Shown: positions 15,240 to 28,479 of the stretch, piece by piece | Layout of the letters: every line of letters begins with the position of its first letter | Numbering within the stretch: position 1 is the stretch's first letter | Assembly (NCBI RefSeq): GCF_009914755.1 | Contig: NC_060939.1 | Origin: the human T2T-CHM13v2.0 reference genome, Homo sapiens | DNA length: 64,000 nt | Reading direction: 5' to 3' (one strand) | The notes under the pieces: model-generated | Databases searched by the model: none | Told to the model about the DNA's origin: nothing | What the model saw: the letters and a program-made list of their open reading frames with translations, nothing else | Program-made: the position numbers and the translations under genes

Positions 15240-16405
15240 TCACATATCTAAATGTAAGAGCTAAAAGTATAAAACTCTTAGAAGAAAACATAGGAGTAAA
15301 TCTCGTGACATCAAGTTAGGCAATGATTTCTTAGAAATAACATCAAAAGAACATGTAATCAAAACAAAAAAATGATAAATTGGACTACGTCAAAACTAAA
15401 AATGTTTATGCTTCAAAGGACACCACCCAGAAGTAAAGAGAAAACCCACAAAATGGGAGAAAATATTTAAAATCACACATTTGATAAGAGACTTATACTC
15501 AGAATATATATTAAAGAAAACCTACAATGCACTAAAGACAAATAATTAAAATATAGGCAAAGGATTTTAATTGACATTTCTCTAAAGAAGATATACAAAG
15601 GGCCAATAAATGCATGAGAAGATGGTCAACATCATTAGCCATTAGAGAAATGCAAAATAAAACCACAATGAGATAAGACTTTACATTCACCATGATAGCT
15701 ATAAGAAAGACAGAAAATAATTAACTGTTGGCTAGGATGTGAAAACCTGGAACCCTCATTCATTGCTAGTGGGAATGTAAAGTGGTACAGCCACTTTAGA
15801 AATCAGTTTGGTGGTTGCTCAAAATGTTAAACATAGAATTATCATATGACACAGAAATTCCACTCCTAGGTATATACCCAAGAGAAATGAATATATAGGT
15901 CCAAAGAAAAACTTGTACACAAATGTTCATAGGAGCATTATTCATAATAAAGAAAAAATGGAAATGACTCAAATGTCCATGGACTGATGAATGGCTAAAT
16001 AAACGTATCTTTGTAACAGAATATTATATGGCAACAAAAAGAACTCAATTATATATGCTATAATTTGGATGATTCTTGAAAATATTATTCTAAGTGAAAG
16101 AAGCCAGTCACAGTGACCACATATTGTAGGATTCCAATTATATGAGATATCCAGAATAGGCAAATCTATAAAGATATGAAGACACAAAGTCCTCATGGTG
16201 CTTAAAGCTGGGAGCAGTGGGGCAGGGGTTGGAGGCAACTTGAGAATGATTACTAACGAGCATGAGATTCCTTTTTGGGGAACACAAATTCTAAAACTAG
16301 ACTGTGGTGATGATTGCACAACCTGTGAATACACTAAAAAAATTGAATTGTACATTTTAAGTGGGTGACATGCATAGTGTATTAATTACATTTCCATAAA
16401 ACTTA
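15240..16405 (+). mobile_element. L1M (L1MB-like) 3' portion
   Basis: aatgtaagagctaaaagtataaaactcttagaagaaaacatagg... through an L1MB-type 3' UTR. Confidence 0.85.
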
Positions 16406-16619
16406 AAACATAAGGAATGTGTAGTCATAGTAGCTATATGCTCAGACAGTACAGATAAAAAGATCTCTTAAAAATGAGAGGGGAAATTCATAAAAGCACA
16501 TACAAAAAATTCTTTTTAACTGTTCTCAGAAATTATATCATCAGTAGTGGCATTAGCATTGTTATTCTGAAATTGTCTCATATATTGTTACCATTTTAAT
16601 ATAATATCTATATCTATTG

Positions 16620-17175
16620 GTATGCTGAGTCCCAACAAGAGTTCTCTGGAGCAGAACACATTATTATTTTTATTACTTACAAAGAATAAGTAAATAATAC
16701 TGTTCTGACTTTTCTCTGCCCCAGCTCTTACTCCAGGAGCAAGGTGATGAGAAAGAGATATAATCTTGCAAGTAATTTCATCTACCACAGGCAAGGGGTC
16801 TGGAAAAATAAATCTGAGTACTGATTTAGGAAAAAAGAGGCAGCTGTTGTCCCTTCCCTTCTGAGAGTTTCCTTGGAAAAGTAAAGGGAAGGATATGTGC
16901 TTTCACACTTTGGAATGTAAATAAATCTTCCTGAGGGGAAAAACTAGTGTCTCCAGCTTTACTACCCAAGAAATGTCTCCAAGGTCCTGGTCTCAACCCT
17001 TCCTTTGAAATGTAAACAGATACCTCTAGAAAGGTAAGTCTCTCTGGAGTTTTCACTTAACTGTTCAGTCATAAATTAAGTTCTAAAGCTCATCTTTTAG
17101 CCTAGGTCCCAAGTTTCTGTAAAATTTGCTCAGAAGGTCCTAACTGTGCAGAAACATAAGGATATGTTCTCTACA
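16620..17175 (-). mobile_element. Old ERV1 LTR, MER110-like
   Basis: Reverse complement begins TGTAGAGAACATAT...GGACCTTCTGAGCAA...ACAGAAACTTGG...GGCTAAAAGATGA, resembling the recalled MER110 start. Confidence 0.6.
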
Positions 17176-17816
17176 GCCCCACATACAATGTGATATTTAT
17201 TTTATAGTGTAATACAAAATAAATATGAAGTTGAGTTAAACCAAGATAACAGCTTGTCAAATCAGACTCAAACAAATTGGACACCTTACCCAGTTTCAAC
17301 CTTTTCTGATAATTTCAAGAAGAGAAGTAATCAGGCAGCCTAACAAATAAGGTAGAGTTCCAAGACCATCAGAACAGCTCTCCAGGTCCTTCACTGCTAT
17401 ACTCTGGCCCAGATTGGCACATGAGGTCAACTAGAATCACAATACCATTCTCTGTTTCTTCCCAACAAAAACAACCTTTTTAAATGCACATTCATAGTCA
17501 CAGTGACTAGGTTAGTGACTAGAGATTATTGTTCAATAAATTCGGGATTCCATTTGGCTTGAGGATATAATTATACATAGCATAGTATAGGTTTTAAAAG
17601 TTATTGGCTTCCAGATGTCATTATGCAACAAGCTCCCTTCAGGATAACATAATGTCATTCCTTTATCCTTCCAATTCTAATCAGTGTAGCATGAGAAAGA
17701 CAAATTCCCTTTTTATCTGTGATACTTCGGCCATTGGAGAACAAATATAAAGGCCACACTGTTCAGCAATGTCCCATAATTTAGGCTAACCATAGTGTTT
17801 CCATAAGTGGGCATCC

Positions 17817-17987
17817 TTAGCTTGGCTACTAGAACTGCTGGTCATTGATCTTTAAAAACAACAACTTCCATAGCAATTGGAATATTCAAGAGTCTTTCTT
17901 CAATATTAGCTTGGCTACTAGAACTGCTGGCAATGAATCTTTAAAAACAACAACTTCCATAGCAATTGGAATATTTAAAAGTCTTTC
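17817..17987. repeat. Two-copy tandem duplication, period 89 bp
   Basis: ttagcttggctactagaactgctgg...tttaaaaacaacaacttccatagcaattggaatatt...agtctttc at 17817-17898 and 17906-17987. Confidence 0.95.
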
Positions 17988-18776
17988 CTACATAAGAGTA
18001 TAAGCCCTCTTCTTGCACTGTTGACCAATATGATGTTCCATTAAATACTCTATGAGTCCAGTCATTTAAAGCTTTCTTGTCCCTCTAGGGCCATTTCCAG
18101 ATGCAGCCAGTCTCCTGGAAGAGAGCTCCCTCTAGTGTCTCTATTTGGATTAGCAAATCCTTTTCATCACGAGCTTTCAGGAACATTATTTTGGTCTGAT
18201 TTGGTATGATATTAGTAATGGTCCTCAAGACCATTACTAAAAAATGCCTTCAGAATATCAAGACAGCAGAGACAATACTCATCAAGCAACAACATGGGTT
18301 ATTACTGTGGTACATTAGTAAAATTTGTACAATTTAGAAAAATAGTTTGCACACATACAAAAAAGTATCATGAGATTGTCATTTGGTATATTATGTATCA
18401 AATACAGCTCTCTCTGGGTGTGTCATAGGCTTTTCACAAACATACTCTGCATAACTCCAGAGAGGAGTTGTTAGTAACATTTATTCATTACATTACATCC
18501 AAATCCATCTCCCTCAAGGTGGTCTTCCAATTCCCTTAAATGAATTCCATTCACATTCACATATTCTACATTAGAAGGAAATCAAGCTGTAACAGGCAGT
18601 AGAAATCTGCTCTCCATTATACCTAGGTAGATGTCTTAGCAACATATTGTCTTGATTTATGTCCACAAGGAGTGCAAAAGTCCTACTGTTCCGAATCCTC
18701 CATCTGTGTACTTTAATTAGTAATAGTCAAATCATCATCATCAAAAAAAAAAAAAAAAAGAGATCTGAATGGTAAA

Positions 18777-20106
18777 TAGTTGACCCTTGAACATCATGAA
18801 TATGAACTGCCTGGATCCACTTATATATGGATTTTTTTTTCAATACGTATATTTGGAGAGATGTGTGACAATTTGAAAAAACTCAACATATGAACCATGT
18901 AGCCTAGAAATACTGAAAAAATTAAGAGAAAGGTATGTCATGCATGCATGAAATACATGTAGCTGTTCATGTATTTTATCATTTACTACCATAAAATATA
19001 TACAAATCTATTATAAAAGGTTGAAATTTATCAAAACACGCACATATCATTCACAGGTGAGAGAAAGGTAAACAAAGATGCAGCATTAAATCATAACTGC
19101 ATAAAATTCACTATTATTATCTATTGTTACTACTGTATTAATTTTGTAGCCAACTTACATTGCCACTGCGGTGAGCTCAAGTGTTGCTAGTGTCTGCTTA
19201 AAATACTATGTGATGCTAATCATCTCTGCATGAGCAGAGCAGTTTCTGTCTCCAGTAAATTGTGTATCACAGTAAAAAGTGATCTCTAGTGGTTCTTGCA
19301 TATATTTCATTGTGTTTAGCGTAAATACTGTAAACCTCGAGTAACAACATGGGACCCATACGAACTGCCACTAGTGATGCTGGATGTGTTCTCAAGACAC
19401 AGAGAAAAGTCATGACATTATAAGAAAAAGTTGATGTTCTGTAGATCAAGATCTGCAGCTGTGGTTGCCTGCAATTTCAGACAATGATTCATTTTGTAAA
19501 CAGATGACATAAATTTACAGTATTGATAAATACAGTACAGTACTATAAGTGTATTTTCCCTTATGTTTTTTTTTCCTTTTTTTTTTTTTTTTCTGAGACA
19601 GGGTCTTGCTCTTCACCCAGGTTGGAGTGCAGAGGTGCAAAGACAGCTCACTGAGGCCTTGACTTCCCAGGCTCAAGTGATTTTCCCGCCTCAGCCTCCC
19701 AAGTAGCTGGGATTACAGGCACACACCACCATGCCCAGCTAATTTTTAAACTTTTTATAGGCATAGGTCTCCCTATGTTGCCCAGGCTGGTCTCACTCCT
19801 GATTCAAGCGATCTTGGGCTCCTAAAGTCCTGGGAATACAGGCATGAGCCACTGTACCTGGCCTCTCTTCCTTATAATTGTCTTAGTAACATTTTCTTTT
19901 CTCCAGCTTATTTTATTGTAAGAATATAGTATGTAATACATACAACATGCAAAATGTGTTAATGGACTGTTATGTTTTTGGTAAGGCTTCTGGTCAACAG
20001 CAGGCTATTAGTAGTTAAATTTTTGGGGTGTCAAAAGTTTTACGTGGCTTTTTAACTGTGCAGGGGGTTGGTGCTCCTAACCACCTTGTAGTTCAAGGGA
20101 CAACTG
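18777..20106. mobile_element. Tigger2b-like DNA transposon, full length, with Alu insertion
   Basis: Terminal inverted repeats (t)agttgacccttgaac and gttcaagggacaactg. The internal sequence matches the recalled Tigger2b consensus. Confidence 0.85.
19566..19864 (-). mobile_element. AluJ-type element
   Basis: Antisense dimer inside the Tigger2b copy. Confidence 0.92.
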
Positions 20107-20215
20107 GATAGCCTATAAACCAAGAAATGAGTTGTAACTGTAGTGAACTGCTCCTACATTGAGTCATCAAGGGGCACTCTGCCATTTTATTCCTCTAGAT
20201 TACATAGGTGGAATC

Positions 20216-20493
20216 TTTTTTTTTTTTTTCTGAGACGGAGTCTTGCTCTGTCGCCCAGGCTGGAGTGCAGTGGCGTGATCTCGGCTCATTGCAACCTCTG
20301 CCTCCTGGGTTCATGCCATTCTCCTGCCTCAGCCTCCTGAGTAGCTAGGACTACAGGCGTCCACCACCACGCATGGCTAATTTTTTTGTATTTTCAGTAG
20401 AGATGGGGTTTCACCGTGTTAGACACAATGGTCTCGATCTCCTGACCTCGTGATCCGCCCGCCTCGGCCTCCCAAAGTGCTGGGATTACAGGC
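20216..20493 (-). mobile_element. AluY-like, lacking about 20 nt of the 5' end
   Basis: Perfect 16-bp TSD cataggtggaatcttt at 20203-20218 and 20494-20509. Confidence 0.95.
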
Positions 20494-21749
20494 CATAGGT
20501 GGAATCTTTAAGTAGAGCTATACATCACCAATTTCCCTTCTCTCCAGAAAACACATCCAGAGTGTTCTCTCAACATCAGTTAGGTGAGCATCAAATTTGA
20601 GAGAGATATCCAAGACAACAACTCAACTTTAGCAAGAATGGAGTAGCTTGGTATTTACCACGGAGAGATACCAAATACCTTATTATTTTCTAGCTCTGAG
20701 GCTCTGCCATGGAAGGTCACATGGTTACAGCTCTCCACAGAACTTGAATTCACTTATAATGCCTTTCTATCTCTTATACGTCCCCCCCCGCCATTTCCAT
20801 CTATTACCTGTTTTGACCCACACCCTTTTCCCCATGATTGGGCTAACTGGCTCAACGGTTGTATTATAAACCCACAGGGACAGTAAAACAGCAGCCTTGT
20901 TAGCACTTCTCCTTGGCAGATATTACAGGATTTGACAGATAAGAATCACAAGACACTTGGCTTGTGTTTATGGATAGGCCTTAATTTGCCTACACAGAGT
21001 GAAGTTATCCATACCCCTAAAGGCCTTTAAGAATATGCACTGTCAATGTAATGTATTGATATTGTGTTTTGTGCATTGACAACACTTTCCTTTGGTATGT
21101 GCAACTTTAAACTCGAGCCTAGGACCATTGGATCAGGCAAAACTAACAAAAAAAAAATCTACGAAATGGGAAAGATATATAGTTGTGTACTTGCCTCCTC
21201 CCCCATCATCTCATTCCTATATCGCAATCCTAGAAAGCTTATAAGTAGAGTCCTAGCATTATTTCCTTTCATAGTCAATGTTACTACACCATCATTTAAC
21301 TGAACAAACTAACCCTTAAACCAGTATAGTTTTTCTAGTGATCAATTTAGTTACTTTGCAAACAAATATATCTTTCAAGAAACAGGAGGTTTTCCAGTAA
21401 TAGGTAAAAGTGGTCTCACGTTTTTCCTTTATCATTTCTCTCTCTTTTTTAGCAACTAGATATATCCTGCTAAAAGCAGTCCAAAGATACTCTTCCCCTC
21501 TAGTAAATACCATTAGTGATTTTTTGTTTCTTTGTGTGTTTTTTGCCATGAGGTCTATAATTATATGTTTATAGAAAGATTATAGAAGTTCTTTCTTCTT
21601 TCTTTCCAGGAAGCCTACCTCAGTTACTGGAAAGAATGGATAATAGATCTGCTATTTGGTCTTTTTGTTCCCAAAAATTATGGGATTTTCTAATAAATAA
21701 TATCTCTTGTGACCTTGATAATCAAAATTCACTGTGGAAGAAAGAGTGC

Positions 21750-22150
21750 AGTGATGGAATACAGAATTATGATAATCCTTATGTTGTCTTGAATTTGATT
21801 GTGAAATATCATGAACTCATGAGTCATTAGATATACACATACAGACATATATCATTTCACATTCAAAGAAATCAGGGCTTCCTGAAAAAAAGGATGTTCT
21901 AGGTCTGGGATAGAAAATGTGTAAGATGACCACTTCGTGGCAGCACTGTTTATCACAGTGCCAAACTGGATACTACCTATATGTCATCAATAATAGAATG
22001 GACAATTAAATTGTGGTGTTAATTAAATTTAATTAAATTACAGTCTCCCACAAGGGAACACTATACTACAATAAAAATAAACACACTATTGCTTCAGTCA
22101 ATAATATGGATGAGTCCCTTAAAACATTATAATGAAACAAAGAAGCCAGA
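21750..22150 (+). mobile_element. Old L1M (L1MC/ME) 3' fragments
   Basis: gaaatcagggcttc...ttctaggtctgggatagaaaatgtgtaagatg and aatagaatggacaattaaattgtggt. Confidence 0.6.
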
Positions 22151-24038
22151 AATTTTATGAGTTCATTGATGCCTATAAGACATAAAGGTTACATACCATA
22201 ATTATAAAAAATATATTTGTATGCATTCATGTAGAACTGACCTTTTTCTATTATAAGACCATTTCATAGAAAAATGGTCCACAAAATTTTACTGATCCCT
22301 CTCCCCCACAGAAAGGTCTTATTGTCTCATTTTTTTTTTTTTTTTTTTGCTTAAATCCAAAAAAAGTCCCTTTTTTTGGCTTAAATCCATTTAAAATTGT
22401 TCTGATAATTTTAAATGGGAGGAAAAAGGCTTAGCAACCTATATTGCATCATTTATATGTTTCTATGTCTTCAGAAGTACTGTGCCATTTAATAAACCTT
22501 TCTTTAATATTATTCTAAAGAATAACTTTCATCTTTGCACACCTATAGGCAGTCAGCACACAGGCAGTGCTGTAAATGTTAAAATCAGATCTATATTTTT
22601 GTTACTGAGATGCCAAAGACAAATCAGCTCAGTTTTTACATTTTACCCAAAGGCTTGATAAAGCTAATTCCCCATCTCTAATCCCTACAGAGAGGCACAG
22701 ATAGAAATGAAAGAACACACAATATCGGTTATATACTATTAAAAGATGGCAATAAGGTCAAATTCTTTGACTATCTTTTCAATAAGGGAGGTCTCCCTGG
22801 GTCCTAATCCAGTCTTTTATCTATCGGGCAGTAAAAGGAATAGTATGTGTACCTTTCAGTGAGACGTCACGTGAACTTCATTATGGAATTATGTAATCTT
22901 AGAAAATTCAAAGAGAGAGTGAGAGACAAAGAAAAAGCAAGAGGGAATACTCTGTACAGAGTCACATAGAAATTCATATGACAAATATAATAACGTTAAT
23001 CATGAGAGCTTTCATCTTTGCACACCTTTTCTCAGAAATAAAAACATAATATCACTCAATCTTTCTTGTTTTAACAGCTAAGGAGATCAACTACAGATTC
23101 ACTAAATAAAGGCTTCAACTGAAGACAACACCTCAACTTCAGCAAGAATACAGTAGCTTGGTATTTACCATGGAGAAATATTATGGGGTCTGTACTATTT
23201 CTCTTAATTTTATTTAAAAACTGAATGTGTCTGTAAAATCTTCTACAGCTTGAGACCTTGTTATTTCAGAGATCCGCAAGGTAAACACTTTCAAATGAGG
23301 TACATGATTTAGGCTTTGGGAACTCTCAGGTTTCAGGGCATTTTCTATAACAGGTTCACGAAATGAACAGACTGGGCTCAAACCCTACGGTTTCTCAAAA
23401 ATGAATATAATTATAGAAATTCCAAATAAATTAAATGTGCTCATATGTAATGTCCATACTTGAATCAGATTACCACCTGCCTGCTGTGTCTATGCTAACT
23501 AATCAGATAACATTTTCTCAGACATGATTTTCTCACCATCCCCAACAAAAACCAGTACCCTATTTATTTTTTATAACAAAAACAAAACCATCATTCTATT
23601 TTAGCATTATTCAAAATATGCTAAAAAATACAAGGAAAATGTTTTGTGTCAAATACATATTATAAGAAGCTTCCAAAAAACCTCAAAACAAAACAAAAAT
23701 AACCCTTGTATTTCCTGTTTCCTACAAGCCTAAATTCCAAACCCTAAAAAAAAAAGAACTTAAAATGAAGGACTATAATACAATATCAGTTTTAGAACCT
23801 GTTATATGTTAAAAAAAAAAAAAAAAGCCTTACTAGTAATCACTTCGGCAAATGGTCAAAAGACCACTTTAAAACTTCCTTTTCTTTATGCAAGGAAGGT
23901 GCTTACTCAATTTCTTCAGCTGTGACTCCACATTTTTATATTCTAAATCAGTTTTCTTTGTTCATTTTAACTACTTATTAGTGAACTGAGATCATCTATG
24001 TGGCAACAAACAGCTCCCTTGATAGTTTGGCTGCATAC

Positions 24039-24157
24039 CCAAAGCTGCTACTTTGATGATCATTGCTTGAATGTTAGATGATATCATCTCTCTGAGCAAA
24101 TCTTCCTGGTTTCTCTGCCAAAGATAAGCTAAAGGCTGGAGATTAAGCCTTTTACAC
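24039..24157 (-). CDS. DPH6: DPH6 internal coding exon (119 bp; probably exon 5, about aa 129-169)
   Basis: Minus strand reads ttctttttcttttgtag|GTGTAAAAGG...GCAGCTTTGG|gtatgc. The first G completes the GT-G (Val) codon from the previous exon, then CKRLNLQPLAYLWQRNQEDLLREMISSNIQAMIIKVAAL-G. Phases match across the 3935-bp intron 24158-28092. Confidence 0.97.
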
Positions 24158-24689
24158 CTACAAAAGAAAAAGAAAAAGAAAGTCAGATGATCTCTTAATG
24201 TTTTATACTTGGATCCACAGCAATTACTTTGATTTGAAACATAATGCTTCGTTCAAGGATTTTAGCATTGAAAATGCTTTTAAAAACATATTTTGCATAA
24301 TGTTTATATATACAACATAAACATATTTAATTTCCATGGGTTATGCATAAACTGATAAAAATGAAATTTCCAGGCACACTAGAAATATTAATTTTAGTAA
24401 GACTCTTAGTTTAGAAATCTATGTAAAAGAATTTACAAATGCCAGTATACTCTCATTTTTAAAACTTTCATGGGTATCAAAATTTTGAAGCATATGTAAA
24501 GTGGGCCAATAATTTATCCTAATAAAATAGCCACATATTTATTAAATTAACAATAGCTACAGTTATGTGAACTATTCTTATCTACTAACTTTGAATTTTT
24601 TTTTAAGAATTTGAATAAAAAGAAAATAGTAAGAAAAAAAGTACAATGCTGCAGGCACTGTACTAGATATTTTCCATTATTGGTAAAGT

Positions 24690-25680
<991 letters not shown>

Positions 25681-28092
25681 CAAGTGACTTGCCCAAGTCA
25701 TACACTAACTGGCTGAGATCAGATTTCAAACCAAGAATATAGCTCTAAAACCCAGTGTCTATAAGGTTTATAAGTAAAACCCAGCGTCCCTAGCATCTGT
25801 AAGGCTGCTTGGCCGACTTCTCTGGCCTATATTGATCTCTCTCTCTCTCTCTCTCAGAGATCCCAATACTTATTAAATGTACCATGTTTGGTCATTTATT
25901 CATACATGGCCTTAAAAATATCACTATTTTTTTCATTTACATATACCCTGACTTTCAAAAAACCAAAACCTTCCTCATTGCAGAGATTGTTGCGTGTAAT
26001 TTTCCCTTTTAAAATGTCTCAGAACATCTAAAGCAATGCTGAAGCAGTTAATAAATACAAAAAGAATAAAATGTGAACTACCCATGTAATACAAACATAA
26101 TTGCAGAATGTAAAGTGTTTAATAGATGTCACAAGTTCAAATTCAGCAGTGATTTACAGAGTAAGTTTATTTGAGCCATGATATTTTGAACTGTTAAAGA
26201 ACTTAAATAGGTTAAAAAATTTTACTTAAGTCTATAGTCAAGAGATTTTGAGGAATTTCAAAGCAACAACCACGAATTTTACGATAAGGACAGGAAGAAA
26301 AAACTTTTTGTCCATAAAAAAATAAATCTTAGTTTAAAAAGGTAGAGAGGCTGTTTTGATTAGTAGGCATTAAACACTGGGTGAGAGGACAGCAAGAACT
26401 AGTAATAATACAACACAAACTAAAATTTGGGCATAGGCTAATTCAAAATTGAGTTTGTGGACCAATGGACTCCCAGTAACATTACTTTTGAAGTTTCAAG
26501 GATAAAATAATTGCAGATATGCTTTATAATATAACGTCTGTTCATCTGTTCAACCGTGTGTTGAAGTGTACCAGTGATTGTGTTTTGAGAAAGTCTCTAC
26601 CCATGGGCATGACATGTGCCCTTCTTCCATATATATATACACATATATGTAATGGGCAGCCTCCTAATCAGGAGCACATTTTTATTTGGCTTTTTAACTT
26701 TCATAAATAGATGTCATCCCTATCTCCAGTTTGGCTACCCATTAAAGCCTGTGGGTTTGAACTTCTTAAAAAACACTAATTTTTAAACTAAATAATTCTC
26801 AGAGAATATGATCTAAAACTTGATGACAATACTATTATTTCTAATGTCTGGCTTAAGGGATATGCAATTCATCTCCATCTGCAGATCAGTTGTTCTCAAC
26901 GGTAGATCTACATCTAGGTAGAATGTAAGGAAAAGTTTCTCAAAATACACATGACCTCCTTCCCCACTCCATCATCATCATCCATCGTCCAGAGATTCTG
27001 ATACACCTCTAAAATGTAAGATCATATTTCTCTTCACTTAACTATGCTTTACCTTGTTTTCCCTTCATTCACTCTTAAAATTCTGTATTTTTTTTAACTG
27101 CCCTAAATCCACCATGGAATTAGAGAGAAAATAAATAAAATAAAAATGAAACTTAAGTGTTCAAATCTATTAATATGTAGGTTTTAAATGAGATAGTAAA
27201 TAGGAATGTTTCTTTATCAAGAATATAAAAATATTATATAAATACAGCCATTATCTTATTCTATTTATCCTTTTGACTAGCAAAATCACTTATTTGTAGG
27301 TCAAATTGTGCTTAAGAAAAATAATGCAGTCCAATTTTTTTTGTTAATATAATTATGCCCAGAATCTCTATAAAATATTATATTTATCTAGATAAATTAA
27401 AAATGAAAAGTAAATTCATTCAGGTGGTGTCTTGCCAGGCCAACATTAAATAACCAATATTATCATTTAACCTCATGATTTTTGAATAGATCAATAGAAT
27501 TGACCGTTTTGGTATGTGCAGTTACAGACTAAATGCTTCACTAGTGCTCCCTCCCTTAGGGGAGTAGAGAGGGGCTAGGACGAGGGGAGGAACATCCTAA
27601 AAATTCCCTGAAAGTTGAATGGCTTTATATGTAAGCATTTCAATCATATAAATATTTTTAGACAAGAACTGAATTATATGAACCAAAGAGGAGAGGACTC
27701 CTTAGTAAACATTTTTTCTTTAAAATATTACTGTATTCCTTTTATTATCTCTTGATTTTTATTACAAATGATGAGTTAAAAGAGATTAACAGGATATACT
27801 AAATCAAATAAGAAAAAAGTGAAGAGAATACTTCTCACTAAAAAATCTGTCTCAATTCTATTATAGATTATTTTTCCTTACACTAAATAAGTTAAGTTTC
27901 CTCATGTGAGATATAAGGATAGAAAAAAGGAAAAGCATGACTTTTGTTACTTAGGTAAATACACACATTTAGTTCCATGGAGCACGTAGACTACCATACC
28001 TATTTATAATTTGAATATGATTATTATTTTTCACTTATTCACATTCTTAAAACACATACACTTTTAAAACTAACAAATTAATGTTTTCTTAC

Positions 28093-28166
28093 ACATTTTC
28101 CACTCGAATACGCTGATAGTCAGAAAGTATAGCACCTACTGATATCCCCTCTACTTCTTCTTTTTC
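28093..28166 (-). CDS. DPH6: DPH6 internal coding exon (74 bp; probably exon 4, about aa 105-129)
   Basis: Minus strand reads ttctttattttcag|GAAAAAGAAGAAGTAGAGGGG...GTGGAAAATGT|gtaaga and translates in phase 0 to EKEEVEGISVGAILSDYQRIRVEN-V. This contains the GAILSDYQR motif of diphthine-ammonia ligases and matches human DPH6 as recalled. Exon number is from memory. Confidence 0.97.
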
Positions 28167-28479
28167 CTGAAAATAAAGAAAAAAACCATAACTTTAAAAA
28201 TAAAGTAACAAATGGCTCCACATCATGCTCTGAAAATTATAAATGAACTGTGTCTCATCTAGAAAACTACCTCAAACCAGAGTAATTTACTGAAAATATA
28301 ATCGACATTCAGAAAAAATTTGCATATATTTAAATCATTCTCTCAGCTGTGAGAAAAATAATTATGGTTTTACTTAAAATTTAAATAACTGAGATCCCTT
28401 TCCATGGAGAAAGCAAAGACTTAGGCAGCACTTCCAAAATGTTTCACACTTAACGTATTTTTAAAGACTCACTGATGTT

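Noticed and set aside
23907-24038. Alternative donor TGA|gtaagc 132 nt beyond the 119-bp exon
   Set aside because: The in-frame length is probably coincidental. The extension hits TGA after 15 codons, and nothing else supports its use.
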